NCBI GenBank assembly: GCA_002104945.1
Contig: MCFH01000055.1
Span: 311,654-375,653, forward strand
Length of the DNA stretch: 64,000 nucleotides
Reading direction: 5' to 3'
Source: Piromyces finnis finn
Taxonomy: Eukaryota > Fungi > Neocallimastigomycota
The translations under genes were made by a program, and so were the position numbers. Below the pieces are notes generated by a model, which did no database searches, was not told the origin of the DNA, and saw nothing but the letters and a program-made list of their open reading frames with translations. Positions 45,781 to 59,352 of the stretch are shown here, one piece after another (positions within the stretch are counted from its first letter, which is position 1; every line of letters begins with the position of its first letter).

Positions 45781-46842
45781 ATGACAGAAGTACTAACATA
45801 TTTATTAAATCCTTCTAAACTTGATACTAATGAAGTAATGTTATTGTTAAATACTTATAATTAAATAATAAATATTGTAATAATATGATTATTATTAATA
45901 CAGAATCAAAAAAAAAAAAAAAAAAAAAGATTTTAAGTTTTTGAAATTTCAATTCCATTTTAATTTTATATTATTATTAAAAATAAAATAAGATAAAATG
46001 AATAAGTGAATAAATAAAAATAAAAGTAAAAAAGATAAAGAAAGAAAAGAAAATATTTTAATTATAAACATGATTTTAACTTTTTCATTTTTTTTATAAA
46101 ATTAAAACTATAATTCTTTAATTCCAAAATTAAAGTTAAGTATTGAGGATGGTAAATTGCTTTTAAAAACATTTATGAAAAAAGCAAACTTTGTTAGTGA
46201 ACCTATCAATGATCCTTCAAAATTATCAGAAAGACAAATTTTATACTTAAAATTGTCCTATAAGGTAAATTGGTTTGATTTATTGGATATATTAATTCCT
46301 TTTTAAAAAAGGCCAAAATTTGATTCTGAAATTCTTTTTAATTATGAATTTTTTATTTTTAACCTTGTAATAAATTTTAATAATAATAACAATTTAAAAC
46401 AAAAAGATAATATCAAGATTTAAATATACCATACAAGTAATTGAAGAAATATTACCAATAGAGTCACAAGCATTTTTATTTATATATTATGTTATTTTGT
46501 TAGTACCTATATATCATTGAAATTTTTCACTAATTAATTAGTATATAATAAGAAAATATATATTTATTTGTTTTCTTGATTACTTCTTTTTTTTTATTAT
46601 TATTATTAACAATATTTATATAATAGTTCAAAGGATAAAATTAATGTCGAAGATGTTTGTAATGATCCGAATATATTATATAAACGTTGGCTAATAAGGA
46701 ACATATCAAAACCTAATACTCACCCAACAAATTATATTATAAAAGAAATTCGAAGCTTAGATGGAACAGACCATCATCTTCAAGACCTAAATGATATAAT
46801 TGAAAAGAATATTAATTATAATAGTAATCAAGAGGTAAAATT

Positions 46843-46876
<34 letters not shown>

Positions 46877-46925
46877 GCTGTTGTTATTGTTGTAAAATAC
46901 AAAAATATAAATTTTAAAATAGTTA

Positions 46926-46956
<31 letters not shown>

Positions 46957-49900
46957 GTGACCTAATAAAGCAAATGAAAACATACACAAATTACTAAAAA
47001 TTTCTTCAAATAAATTGTTTCTTATACATATTAAAAAAAAAAAAAAAAGGTACTTAGTAATTGGAAATGTCAATATCATATATTTAGTTTTTTATGCCAA
47101 TTGTCTTATGAAATTGGGAATTATTATATATATAAAGAAGACTTTGCAAATGCAGAAATTCATTTTAGACGTTGTGATACCCTTCTTCAATTAGGTGATA
47201 TTTATAATGATAAATTTTGGTAATTAACAACTCTTTATTAATCGCATCATTATCATACATATACTTATATATATATAAAATAAAAAAAAAAAAAAAAAAA
47301 AAACTAATAATATTTATTTGAATTTATATTTATTAATATATTATTTTTGTATTATTTATTTGATTATATTTAAACTAAAAATACATATAGTGATGTTGAA
47401 AAAACCCAAGTAGACGATTTATTATATGTATGTGAATTATTCAATAATTCATTAGATAATAAAATTAATAAAATACAAAAATTTATTGATGAAGAAACAT
47501 ACAATGAAGATTTAATTAATGTATTAATGGAAGATAATAATTCTGAAAAGAAATTGATATCAAAGGAAATACGACAATATTTAGTAGAGCAATCAAAGGA
47601 ACAACCAGTCATTTCCATAGGCATTGCTGTTGTGAATGCTTTAAACAACATTAATATTACTAGCGAACAAGATATATCTAAAGAAAAATTAGATATGATA
47701 AATCAACAGAATGGTAACAAGCATTGCTACTTTATTTTGATAATAAAAAAAAATTAATCATCTATTATTTTATTATTAATAATTTTTCTTATCGATATTG
47801 AAATCTCTATTAAATTTACAAATCTTATAATTTAATTTTTAATTATTTAATTTTAAAAAAAAAAAAAAGGCGAGCTTTTTATTCATATTTTATCAATGAT
47901 GACTTATTCAATGGATGTTAAGAGTTTATCCAAAGATCTTATATTTAAAATATTTAAAAAAGCTATGGAAGATAATATTAATAATAATATTGTAAAAGAA
48001 AAAATCATTAACTTTGTTTGTCAATTATGTTATTATATCGATAATACAGAATATTGGAATGATTTCTTTGAAAATATATCAAGTATAGATTTTATATAAA
48101 TATTCATATATATTATAAATAATTATTTTTGATAGACCATTAATATTTTATATATATAAATGAATTATATTTTATTGTAGATAATTATCCACAAGAATGG
48201 TCTATATTCCAGAGACTTAAACAAGTAGAAGCAGTAAGTATTCATCAACACCAATAATATAAAAAAATAAAAATAAAAATAAAACTAAAAACTCTTATTA
48301 ATAATATAATTCATTAATAAATAAAATTTATAAATTGATTAGATTAATAATTATGTAGTAAACAGTGAAATCTGGGGTTCTATTGGAAATAGTAGTATTG
48401 CTGAAGGTGAAACTGATTATATTGAAAATGTTGAAGTAAGTTAATAACAATAGATATTTTTAGTAGTTAATAATATGTGAAATTTTATTATTGTTGTTGT
48501 TGTTGTATTAATAATAACATGAATAATAATTGAATTACAAATTTTATAATATCAGTCATGTAATATAATGAGAAAATTAATGATATATCCAGAATCAGAT
48601 GATCTTATCAAAGCAACTTCTATTAATAGTGTTGATAAAGTAAAAATAATATAAAAAAATTTAATATAACCCTCTATGATACAATGAATACAAAAAGTTG
48701 TTAATTAACAGTCTATTATTATTATAATAATTATTTTAGATGGGTGTAAGTCTTGTTAAAGCTCTTTTACAACATGGTGAAAGATTTTATAACGAGGTTA
48801 GTAATAATTTTATTAATACTTAAATAAAGCTTACTTTTAAGTAAAAAATATATTAATAATATTAAAATAATAAATATATATACCAATTTTTTTTTCCTAA
48901 ATTGTAGAGTCAATATGAAAAAGCAATTCAGATATTTAATCGTTATGGACAATTTTTAGCAAATCAACTGGAAAGTGATAGTATTCATTTTCAACAAATA
49001 ATTAAAAATACTACTATTGCCCAATCTTTAGAAAAAATTAATCAATTTTATGATAATAATAAATTTCTTTTGATGATACCCTCAATGCAACAAAAAGACA
49101 CTGAGCAAGAAGATATTTTATGGAGTGATTTCATGAATATTTTCCAATATTCTGGACCAGTAGATTTAGAACTTTTGGTAATTTAATGATTATTAACATT
49201 AATTATTTAAAATAAATCATACCTATATTCATCTCAATTAATAGTCATATAAAATTAGTATTAAAATAGTTTTGTATTGATTTTTACTGATGATTAACAT
49301 TTATTAATTTTATCTTTCTAACTCTTAAAAAATTAGAAACGTATTTTAGGCACTGCTTTAAGAAACGTAAATATAAAATTTATAGAGGGATATATACGGT
49401 TTATAAATTCTTGGTATCAAGATAGTAAGTAAAAATATATATTTCTATGATTATTATTCTTTAATTATTAACTATTAAATTTATCTTTTAGATGCTGCCA
49501 TGATACAAGAAGGTTCTCTTCAAGCTGCTTATATAGATCAGCGACTTTGTAAAATATCGTTAATTATATCTCATCAAATTAAAAATTTAATTGAATCTGG
49601 TATTGATTTTTCAAATGATGCTAGTATTAATGGTAAAAATAAAAGAAAAAGAAATGATACCTATTTTTCATCTAAATCATTATTAAAGTTCAAAAAATAA
49701 TAACAATTCTGCTCCCTTTTATTATTTAATTTCTAGATGATTCAAAATATTCACAACTTCAAGAAAAAACTATAGAAGAATTACGTATATTCTGTTTTAG
49801 ACTTTTTGATTGTTTATTGCCAAATACTTCTTTATATGATATCAAGGTAGATGTTATGTTTTTATAATACTTAAATATGTTGTTTATTAATGTTTATTAT

Positions 49901-51389
49901 TAATATTATTATTATTTTATTATTGTGTTTTTATATTTATTTAATATTGTATTAGACTCTTTTAACAGCATTTTCCGATATATTGAAAAATGCAAAAAAT
50001 ATTAATATCTCTACCTTTATTGGAGGATGTATTGCAGGAATTCTTCATCGTGTTGGTTTATTGGTAATACTATAGTTAGCTTAAAAATAAATAATGAAGT
50101 TTTTATCCAATTTTAACAATATATATAATTTTTGGAATAATATAAATAGATTAATCTTGAGTCTTTTGGCATTAATGCAGTAATTTCAGCATCACCCTTA
50201 GCACCAGACATTGTTAAATCATGGGCAAAGTAATAATATTGATAATATATTATATATTAAAAGTATTTCATATATAAAATATATATTAAGATTTTTCTTT
50301 TTTCTAATACTGTTTTCTTAAACAACAAAAGTGCACAATATGTATTGAAGATTTTAAATTCAAAACCTATTAATGATACTATTTTTAAAGAAAATGTTGA
50401 AACTATAAAAGAGTTTATTATACCAATTTTAATGCAAAATATATATTCCTCGATTCTCTATGAACAAAAGCATGTTGATTGTACAGGTCTTTTTTGTCTT
50501 GCTGATTTATATTTTATTAATCAAGACTATGATAATTCTTTGAAGTAAAAATTATTAATAAATAATAATAATACGCTAAATAAAAATAATAATAATGATA
50601 ATAACATATTATCTATTTGTATTTCCATTTTTGTAAAATAACAATCAATTTTTTTATATCATTAAAGATACTTCTTAAATGCATTATCGTTACTTTCATC
50701 TCAATTTACACATATGGAAAAATTAGAAAATATTTGGTATTCAAGAATTACTTCACAAATTATACAATGTTGTATAAATAAAAAAGAATGGTTACTAGCA
50801 TGTATTTTGTATCAATTTAGTTTTAAAATTGATTATATATCAGCCTATAATTTAATTCAAAAGTCAATTAATGAAAATCAAATTTACCAAGAAATTAAAA
50901 TTGGTAATATTTATATAATTGATAATAAGCATGAACCAACTGAACAAACGTTTACTTCATTAAATTTCTTTTGGGATCTTTCTCTTATGGAATATTGTAT
51001 AGGTAATATTAATATCTTTTTTTTTTTTTTTTTTCCATATTATAATAGTATATATAATTTATTTATTTTTATTTACATAAAAAAAAAAATGAAATATCAT
51101 TGGCTTATTTTATTTAATAGATTGTTTTCAAAAAAGAGGCATGCTAGATGAAACAAATAAAATAGTAAGAATTTTTGAAGATTTTAACTTGAGATAATTC
51201 ATAAAACAAAAAAATAATAAAGTATTAATAATCTTTTTATTTCAATTATATTTTAATAATAATCCGATATTATAGAAAGAGCATATCTCAAATACTTATT
51301 CAGTGGACGAATCTACCCGAAAGATTATCATATCCAAAATACAAAAAACATTTTTAAGATACTTGACAGAAAAAGTTATTAGCATTTAA
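45781..51389 (+). CDS. INTS8: Integrator complex subunit 8 homolog
   Basis: About 20 GT-AG exons that I could join in frame. LYKRWLIRN, CQLSYEIG and the C-terminus (SQIIQCCIN...LACILYQFSFKIDYISAY...FFWDLSLMEYCIDCFQKRG...KTFLRYL) parallel human INTS8 (KRMIKCC...VAILCQFLREIDYKTAF...YIWDVTILEYLTYLHHKRG...KKFLQAM). The comparison is from memory. Confidence 0.85.
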
Positions 51390-52250
51390 TATTTTATTAA
51401 TCACGAAATAAACTTAAAATGTATAATGTAAAATATAAATAATGTATATGCAGTTCAATATAAAAATATATTAATCATAAAAAACAACACTCTTAATAAT
51501 ATTAGAATATTAATATTATATATATCTTTTTTTTTTTAATTCTTTACGATTATTAAATTTTATACTTTTATATTTTATATATATTAGCATCTTCAAAATT
51601 TAATAAAATTATTAATTATTATATGTTATATACTTGCTTATTTATTCATTTATTTTTAATATTCAATTATTCAATTATAAATTATTATAAATTAATTTAA
51701 TATATTTAGGTTAGGTTTTGAATAAAAATATTTTTTTTAGTAAATAATTTTTTCATAGAAATTAAGGTTTATTAAGATCATTAAACTTTTTCAAAAATTT
51801 TCTATTTTTAAGATATAGGGAGCAATTAATGGATAGTAATTATAATTTATTCATATAAAAAATTCCTTATACGTCAATTAATTATTATTATAATTATATA
51901 ATATTATTAATTATACTTGATAATATATTTCAATCATCTTATAATTATTCATTATTTATTATTATTATTATTATTAGTATTACAATTCAAATCATTCTAC
52001 ACAATTAAACAACTTTGTTTTAATCTTCAATATTTAAGGCATTCACAAGGATTAAAAAATAATAATAATAATAATAATAAATTTTGTTCTATTTTGTTAT
52101 TATTGTTGATTAATATTAAAATAATTAAAATATTATATTTAGAGGAAACGTTTGACAAAAAATAATAAAAATAATAATAATTAAAAAAAAAAAAAAAATT
52201 AAAAATAAAAGTATTTCACAATACAAAACGAAGAGAATTAATAGAATAAA

Positions 52251-53528
52251 ATGCAATATACAACATCACTGGAAATTGAAATTCCACAATATTCTAAAAG
52301 TAATATTGTAAAAAATGAATACGAATCAAATATGAAAATAAAAGATAAATATGAAAAAGAAATTAAGTTGTTAAAGAATCAAATAGAAATCTTAAATACT
52401 AAATTAAAATTTTCGGAAAAACGAAATGCAGAATCAGGAGAGCAATTAGAAATGGTAAATAAACAAATGAAGGATAACGATGATGAATTAGTTAAATTAA
52501 GAAATCAAAATAACTCATTAAAAAGAGAAAATGTTACTTTAAAAGATAATAATTTATCTATTAATGTTCAAAATACCCATTTAACTACAGATTTCAATGA
52601 AATTGCAACACATTATGCTCATTTGAAAGAAAAATATGAACAACTATCGAAAGATAATGAAAAATTAAAAAAAACCAATATTTCTCTTTCCGACAAGTAT
52701 TCGGAACTAACCAAAGAATACAATCATATTTCTTCTCAATATTTGAAAATTAAAGATAAAGTAGAACAAATCGTAAAAGAAAATACAAAAATTATTTTTG
52801 AAAATAAAAAATTAAATCAACAAATACAAGAATTAATTGAAGAGATTCAGAAGTTAAATGATAATGCAAAAGATTTAGCCAATACCAATGATAAATTAAC
52901 TGATGATATTAAAGAAATGACTATAGATATTAAAAATTTAACTATAGAATTAAAGTCTCTCAAGAATCAAAATCAAACTCTCCAAATAGAGAATTCAGAG
53001 TATAGGGAAAGATGCTCACGAAACTCTAAGGAAATTGAAAAATATCGCTTAGAAAATACAAAATTAGCCAATCAATTAAAATTGGCACTTGAAGAAAATT
53101 GCAAACTTCAAAAAATGAATACCAATTTAAATATTGATAATAAGCAATTAATGTCGCAAAACGAGACACTTATTCAAGAAAATGATATTATTAATAAAGA
53201 GGTTGGACAACTTCGTAAAAAAATACGTGAACTTAAAGAATTAAATGAAAAGTATTGCGATGAAATTAGTCAACTTCATAGTGAAAATGAGCGTATGTGT
53301 GGTGAACGTGCTGTATTAGAAGGAAGAATTAAGAGAGGTCTTAATCAAATTAATGAAATCCAACGTATGAATAAAAATTTAGAAGATGAATTAAATACCA
53401 AACAGCAAGAAAAATATAAATCCCAAATAAGTCAACATTACTTATCTTCCACAACAAAAAATATAAAAAAAAATAAAAATCCAAATTCGGAATTTAATTT
53501 AGAAATTAATTTTAAACCTACAAAATAG
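52251..53528 (+). CDS. Long coiled-coil protein of unknown function (5' exons may be missing)
   Basis: 425-codon ORF with continuous heptads (xxENxxL / xxNxxL). An acceptor-like TTAATAG lies 6 nt upstream of the ATG, so the true start may be further 5'. Confidence 0.7.
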   Translation: MQYTTSLEIEIPQYSKSNIVKNEYESNMKIKDKYEKEIKLLKNQIEILNTKLKFSEKRNAESGEQLEMVNKQMKDNDDELVKLRNQNNSLKRENVTLKDNNLSINVQNTHLTTDFNEIATHYAHLKEKYEQLSKDNEKLKKTNISLSDKYSELTKEYNHISSQYLKIKDKVEQIVKENTKIIFENKKLNQQIQELIEEIQKLNDNAKDLANTNDKLTDDIKEMTIDIKNLTIELKSLKNQNQTLQIENSEYRERCSRNSKEIEKYRLENTKLANQLKLALEENCKLQKMNTNLNIDNKQLMSQNETLIQENDIINKEVGQLRKKIRELKELNEKYCDEISQLHSENERMCGERAVLEGRIKRGLNQINEIQRMNKNLEDELNTKQQEKYKSQISQHYLSSTTKNIKKNKNPNSEFNLEINFKPTK

Positions 53529-53766
53529 AATTAATACTAAAATTAACAACATTAAACCTATATAAACGAAAACAAAATATTGTTTTTTTTTAAAAAAAAA
53601 TTGATAATTTATTTATTTATTTATTTATTTATTTATTTTAGAGTTGTAACACATTTTTTCCTACAGATATGGAATAAATTTTTGATTTTATTAATAACTA
53701 TTCTATATAATTATAATTATACAGAAAAAGTTTATAGTATTTTTGAATATTCATATGAAAAAAGTT

Positions 53767-53798
<32 letters not shown>

Positions 53799-56700
53799 GC
53801 TAAATGAGAAAGTCAATTTTACTTTTTAAATATTTAATTATATATGTATTTTTTACATATATAAATATTTTAATTATATTAATATTCTATACAAGTTTTA
53901 TAAGAATATTAAATAAATTGAATAAATATTATATATTTCATTTAACATTTTTTTTTGTCTTTTAATTTTTTGGTTACCTTTTTCATTTATATATTTAAAA
54001 GTAAACATAAGATAGATATGGTGTAAGTAAATATTTTTTTTTCACTATTTTAATTATTAAAAATTTTATTTTAAAAATATTAAAGGGTTGGATTTAATAT
54101 TATATTGAGAAATTATTTAATTTTTAATAATAATAAAAGAAAAAGAAAAAAGAAACTAATAATAATTATATATTTATATAATACGTGATAATAATAAAAC
54201 AATTAATTTTAGAATTAAAATTTACATTAGTTATAAGCAACTTTTAATATTTAAATATATTTTATATTTTAAAAAATATTATTATTTGAAAAAATTAAAA
54301 TATTACAAAAATAATATTAATAAAATTAATAACCTTTAAGACATAATATTATACCATAATAATATAAATATTCTAAATATTTTTGAGTAGTTCATTAAAA
54401 AAAAGTAATTTTTTAAATCATTTATAATAAATGTTGTGTAAGTATTAATAAAATTTATAAAATATTATTATTGTATTAATACTAGTAATTTTAGTATTTG
54501 TTAAATTTTATAATAGTGGAATTAAAATTTATACTTTCTACTTTTAATGCATTTAAAATTATATAGTTAATTTACGAAAAACTCTTTTTATATTATTATA
54601 TTCTGTATTATATACTCTTTCTTTTTCTTAACTTTGGTAAGGTTGTTTCAAATCACTAATATATAACTTATTTATTTACCATAATTTTAAATAAAATAAA
54701 TATTTAATTTAAATATAATCTATTTTAATAAATGATATTAATAATATAAATATAATTTAAAAAATAAATAATTATCTTTAAATTTAATATTTTCATGTTA
54801 CACAGATATTAATCAGTTTATGTTTTATATTAATTTATGAATTATTATAATTTAAATAGATATTTCAAAAAAAAAAAGAAGTTTCGAAAGAAAATGAAGA
54901 ATAAAAAATATAAAGTTTTAAAAAAGTAAAAATACTACTTTATACTTTTAAAGTATAAATTTTTACTTAATTATAACTTATTTAATTAAATAATAATAAA
55001 TAAATAAATAAATAAATAAATTACTATATTATATGTGTAATTTTTCTTTATTTTTCTTATTAATTTAATTACTTCTATTTATTGTATATATTGCTAAATA
55101 ACATATATATATAATAAATAACATTTAAACTAAATAATATAATGAATTAGTTTTAAGCAAAAAATAATTTTCACATAATATGAATGAATGAATAACAATA
55201 AAAAAATATATATTTTTAAGAATATTAGTAATATAGTAATATGCACATAATAAATAAATAAAGAAATTTATAATCAATCTTTTTAGATTATATCTCTTAA
55301 AAGATATTTAAACTTTTATAGACTTTTTATTACTTTTGTTGTCAATAATTATGGCATTATAAAAAGTACGACATAAAATGTAAAGTTAAAAGAAAAAACT
55401 ACTATTAAGTAATTATTTTTTTTAAAAAAAAAATAGTGTTGATTCTAAAATAAATAATGAACCTAAACTTATTTTAAGAGAATTTCATAAAAATTCTTAT
55501 TATATTTTTCTTTATTCTATTTTACTATAACCCTAATTTTATATTTTATATTTTTTATAGATTAGGATTTTTTTTTATTTGATAGAACTTTAATTGATAT
55601 TAAAATATTTAAATTATTATTTTGTAATAATTTAATAGAATATCTAATTGTAAAATAAAAATAATATTAAAAAGTTAAAACATTAATATTTTGTTAAAAC
55701 CAAATCAAATTATTCATATTAATCTCAGTTTCCTTAAAAATATTTAAGAACTAAAATAATATTCATTGATTTTAAAAAGAAATAAAAATGATCAGTTTAT
55801 TTACAATTTTTACATCGAAATTTGATGTATAAATAAGGTTCTGATTAATATAGTTAATAATTATTATGTTAAAAATATACACATACACAAAAAAAAGGAA
55901 ATTTTTCTATCTTAAAATTGTAATGAAAATTTATGAAATTATTATTATTTTATCATTATACAGTTACATCTGTCTATTTAAAAAGTAAATGTTTAAAAAT
56001 ATTTTATTACTTCAAAAATAATATTTTTTTTTGTATCTTTCTATGTTATTATGAAAAAAAAAAAGAATATGAAAAAGATATAATGTAATTTTTTCTTTAT
56101 TTTATATATTTTAAAATTTAGATTTTATTGGTAAAACTATCTTTTTTTTGGAATTTTATTAAAAAGGGTATTTAATATAAATAAAAGTTTCATTAGAGAT
56201 TTTGAAACTTTCTGGTTTATTTTATAGTTTATCAACTCCATATTTTCATTTTTTTATTATTTTTTTTCAATTTCAAATTTCATATTTTTTTTAACTTTTT
56301 GTATGTTAAACTTTTATTAGACATTTTTATTAATAAAAATTCTATATATAAAAGGAAATTTTATAATTTATTAATAATTAAAATTTAAAACAATTTAAAC
56401 ATTTTATTGGAATACAAAAAAAAAAAAAAATATATATATATATTTTTTTTTAAAAGAAACCTTTATTATAGTTTTTTCCAAAAAATCAATACATAAAATA
56501 AGGAATTATGTAATAAATTGGTTTACCAAAAATAATCTCTTCCAGTCTAATTGTCTATCATTTATAATAATTTAAATAACTAAAAATTTCATATAAAGTT
56601 TGTTAATCCACATTTAAACTTTCAATAGTTACGTAATGCTTTAAAAATTCAAACCTGAATAATTTTATACATAGAATATAAAATATATTTAAAAAAATAT

Positions 56701-57283
56701 AAAAACTTGTTATGGCTATAAAATATTTTATATATAAAATCAATATTTTATAGTTATAACAAGATAATAATTATAATGAAATATTTGATTGAAACTTTTT
56801 TATAACAGGACTATAATCATTAAAAACTATCTTATTAAAATGTTTTTTTTTTAAATATAATTATAAAACTTTAATAACAAATTTAAATTTAAAATATTTA
56901 TATTATCCAATAATATTAATTTATTTTATATTGATTTATACTATATCTTTTATATCTTTTTTTTTTTTTTTTTTAAAGCTTTATAATATTCCTTTGTAAT
57001 TAAAAGGTACTATAATAATATTATAATGATTCAATTCTTTTAACTATGCAAGAATATATTATTGTATTTTAATAAACTTTTTAAAATACACTACAAAATT
57101 ACTATAAAATTAGTATATGTATTAATACAATATTTATATATTGATTTAATAAACATTTTTTTTAAACTAAAATTAATTTATTTTTTATTAAAACTTTAAT
57201 TTTCAAAAAAAAAAAAATAAAATATAATTTATAATGTTATATATGTTATATATATAAACATATATATAAATCGAGTATTTTTA

Positions 57284-57466
57284 CCAATCACATATATTTA
57301 AATAGCATTCATATATATAACAGAATATAATCATTATCCAATCATCAATATATAAATATATTGTGTAACAACTACTAATATAAAATTTATAAATTAAAAA
57401 TTTAAAAAATATTAGTGGCTTAATAATACTATTTTAATTGATTATTGTATTTTTTAAAGCCAATCA
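57284..57466. promoter_or_regulatory. Three CCAAT boxes upstream of eIF5A
   Basis: CCAATCA at 57284, 57338 and 57460. Confidence 0.5.
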
Positions 57467-57771
57467 TTAATTAGATCTAAAAGCCAGTTCAATTTTGAAA
57501 AAAAAAAAATTAGAATAGTAAATACTATATAAATTTCAAAATTTCTTTAAAATTTAATCCCCACACATAATTTTATATTATTAAATCAAAGGTAAATTTC
57601 AAAAATAAATAAAAATAGTTTTTTAAGTATTAGTAAAAAATAAATGAAAATTTAGAGTGTTAAAGAAATATTTAATAGTTTGAAGTATTGTTAAGATTAA
57701 AAAAAAAAAAAAAAGAAGGCAATTGAATCTAATGAAATTATTAAATTAATAATTTATGAAATAGAATTAAA

Positions 57772-58329
57772 ATGGCTGAAGAACACGATCACACCTTCGA
57801 AGAAGCCGATGGTAATATTTAATTAAGCAATTAAAAAATATATGTAAAAGAAAATAATAAAATATTAATTGTAAAAATTTAATAAAATAAAATAGCCGGA
57901 GCTTCCCTTACCTACCCACTCCAATGTTCCGCTCTCCGTAAGAACGGTTTCGTTTTACTTAAGGGTCGTCCATGCAAGATCGTTGATATGTCTACCTCTA
58001 AGACTGGTAAGCACGGTCACGCTAAGGTTAACTTAGTTGGTATTGATATCTTCACTGGTAAGAAGTACGAAGATATGTCTCCATCTACCCACAACATGGA
58101 AGTTCCAAACGTCAGACGTACTGAATACACTCTTTTAGATATTGATGACGGTTACCTCAGTCTTATGACTTCCGATGGTGATACTAAGGATGATATCAGA
58201 AAGCCAGCTGATCCACTTGGTGCTGAAATCGAAGCTGCTTTCGAAGAAGGTAAGGAAATCATCGTTACCATCATCCAAGCTATGGACGAAGAAGCTTGTA
58301 TTGCCTGGAAGGAAGCCCCACAATCCTAA
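57772..58329 (+). CDS. EIF5A: Translation factor eIF5A
   Basis: Exons 57772-57811 and 57896-58329: [31 protein letters not shown]...[13 protein letters not shown] (hypusine site). Confidence 0.98.
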
Positions 58330-58753
58330 GCGATTTAATAAAATTATCTTTATCGAAGTATTAAGGTAAAAATTCCCTTGATACAGAATAAAATTCTTAA
58401 CAAGAAAACCAAAATCATATTTATAAATTCATAGAAAAGTTAATTCAAAATAAAAAAGCAAATATAAAAATAATATTAAATTGTTATTATAAAATATTTA
58501 AATAATATAATATAAAAATGATTTAATAAATAAAAAAAATAGAAAATTCAAAAAAGAATAATGTCGTTTTTATGAAAGTGTTTATATATATTAGTGTAAA
58601 TCTTAATACTTGTGAATAAGAATATTTTTAGTAAATATATGATTTAATTTAAAAGTATAAATTATGACGTGTTTATTAATTTTTATGGTTAATGAAAAAA
58701 AAATGTAAATTTAAAAATGCTTTATATATTTTTAAATAATTATATTATCAAAA

Positions 58754-58836
58754 GCCGGGATGGCCGAGTTGGTCTAAGGCGGCGCACTCAAGATGCGTTT
58801 TCGAAAGAAGCGCGAGTTCGAATCTCGCTTCCGGCA
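58754..58836 (+). tRNA. tRNA-Leu(CAA), intronless, long variable arm
   Basis: Acceptor stem GCCGGGA/TTCCGGC plus discriminator A; D-loop with TTGG; anticodon arm GCGCA-CTCAAGA-TGCGT; variable arm with a GAAA loop; T-arm GCGAG-TTCGAAT-CTCGC. Confidence 0.97.
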
Positions 58837-58843
58837 AATTTAA

Positions 58844-58867
58844 TTTTATTAAAGTATTGGTCTTTTT
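58844..58867 (+). terminator. Probable Pol III terminator T-runs (T4 at 58844-58847, T5 at 58863-58867)
   Basis: Oligo-T runs directly downstream of the tRNA gene. Confidence 0.6.
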
Positions 58868-58871
58868 CATT

Positions 58872-59352
58872 CCCTCTTGGGAACGTGCCTTCATTTATTT
58901 AATAAATGTAATTTCTCAAGGGGGTCTACTCATGCTCATGGTACTGAGAGAGTAGAAAGAATTAAATCCAAGTATTGCGCAATGGATGCTTGGTGCCCTC
59001 TTAGGAATGTGCCTTCATTTATTTAATAAATGTAATTTCTCAAGGGGGTCTACTCATGCCCCTCTTGGGAACGTGCCTTCATTTATTTAATAAATGTAGT
59101 TTCTCAAGGGGGTCTACTCATGCTCATGGTACTGAGAGAGTAGAAAGAATTAAATCCAAGTATTGCGCAATGGATGCTTGGTGCCCTCTTAGGAATGTGC
59201 CTTCATTTATTTAATAAATGTAATTTCTCAAGGGGGTCTACTCATGCTCATGGTACTGAGAGAGTAGAAAGAATTAAATCCAAGCATTGCGCAATGGATG
59301 CTTGGTTAGTCTTCAAGGGAAAATTATTAGGACTAAGCTCATGGTACTGAGC
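58872..59352 (+). repeat. Complex tandem array of hairpin-forming units (A 63 bp x4, B ~61 bp x3, plus terminal hairpins)
   Basis: A at 58872-58934, B 58935-58995, A' 58996-59058, A 59060-59122, B 59123-59183, A' 59184-59246, B' 59247-59306, then a unique hairpin and GCTCATGGTACTGAGC (59337-59352). Copies differ by only 1-3 nt. Confidence 0.95.

Noticed and set aside
54922-54970. Nested inverted repeat in the 53.5-57.7 kb intergenic region (also 55811-55829)
   Set aside because: Almost pure A/T arms are expected by chance at this composition; no TSD or second copy was seen.
9165-58836. Functional clustering of LeuRS with tRNA-Leu, and of translation/RNA-processing genes
   Set aside because: They are 45 kb apart with unrelated genes between, and housekeeping genes are common enough for this to be chance.
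58935-58960. Hammerhead or HDV-like ribozyme in the array (CTGAGAG...GAAA)
   Set aside because: The core does not match CUGANGA with stem II before GAAA, and no P3/L3/P1.1 arrangement could be built. It is kept only as an unclassified structure.
58872-59352. CRISPR-like appearance of the repeat array
   Set aside because: There are no unique spacers (both alternating units are repeated), no cas genes, and the context is eukaryotic.
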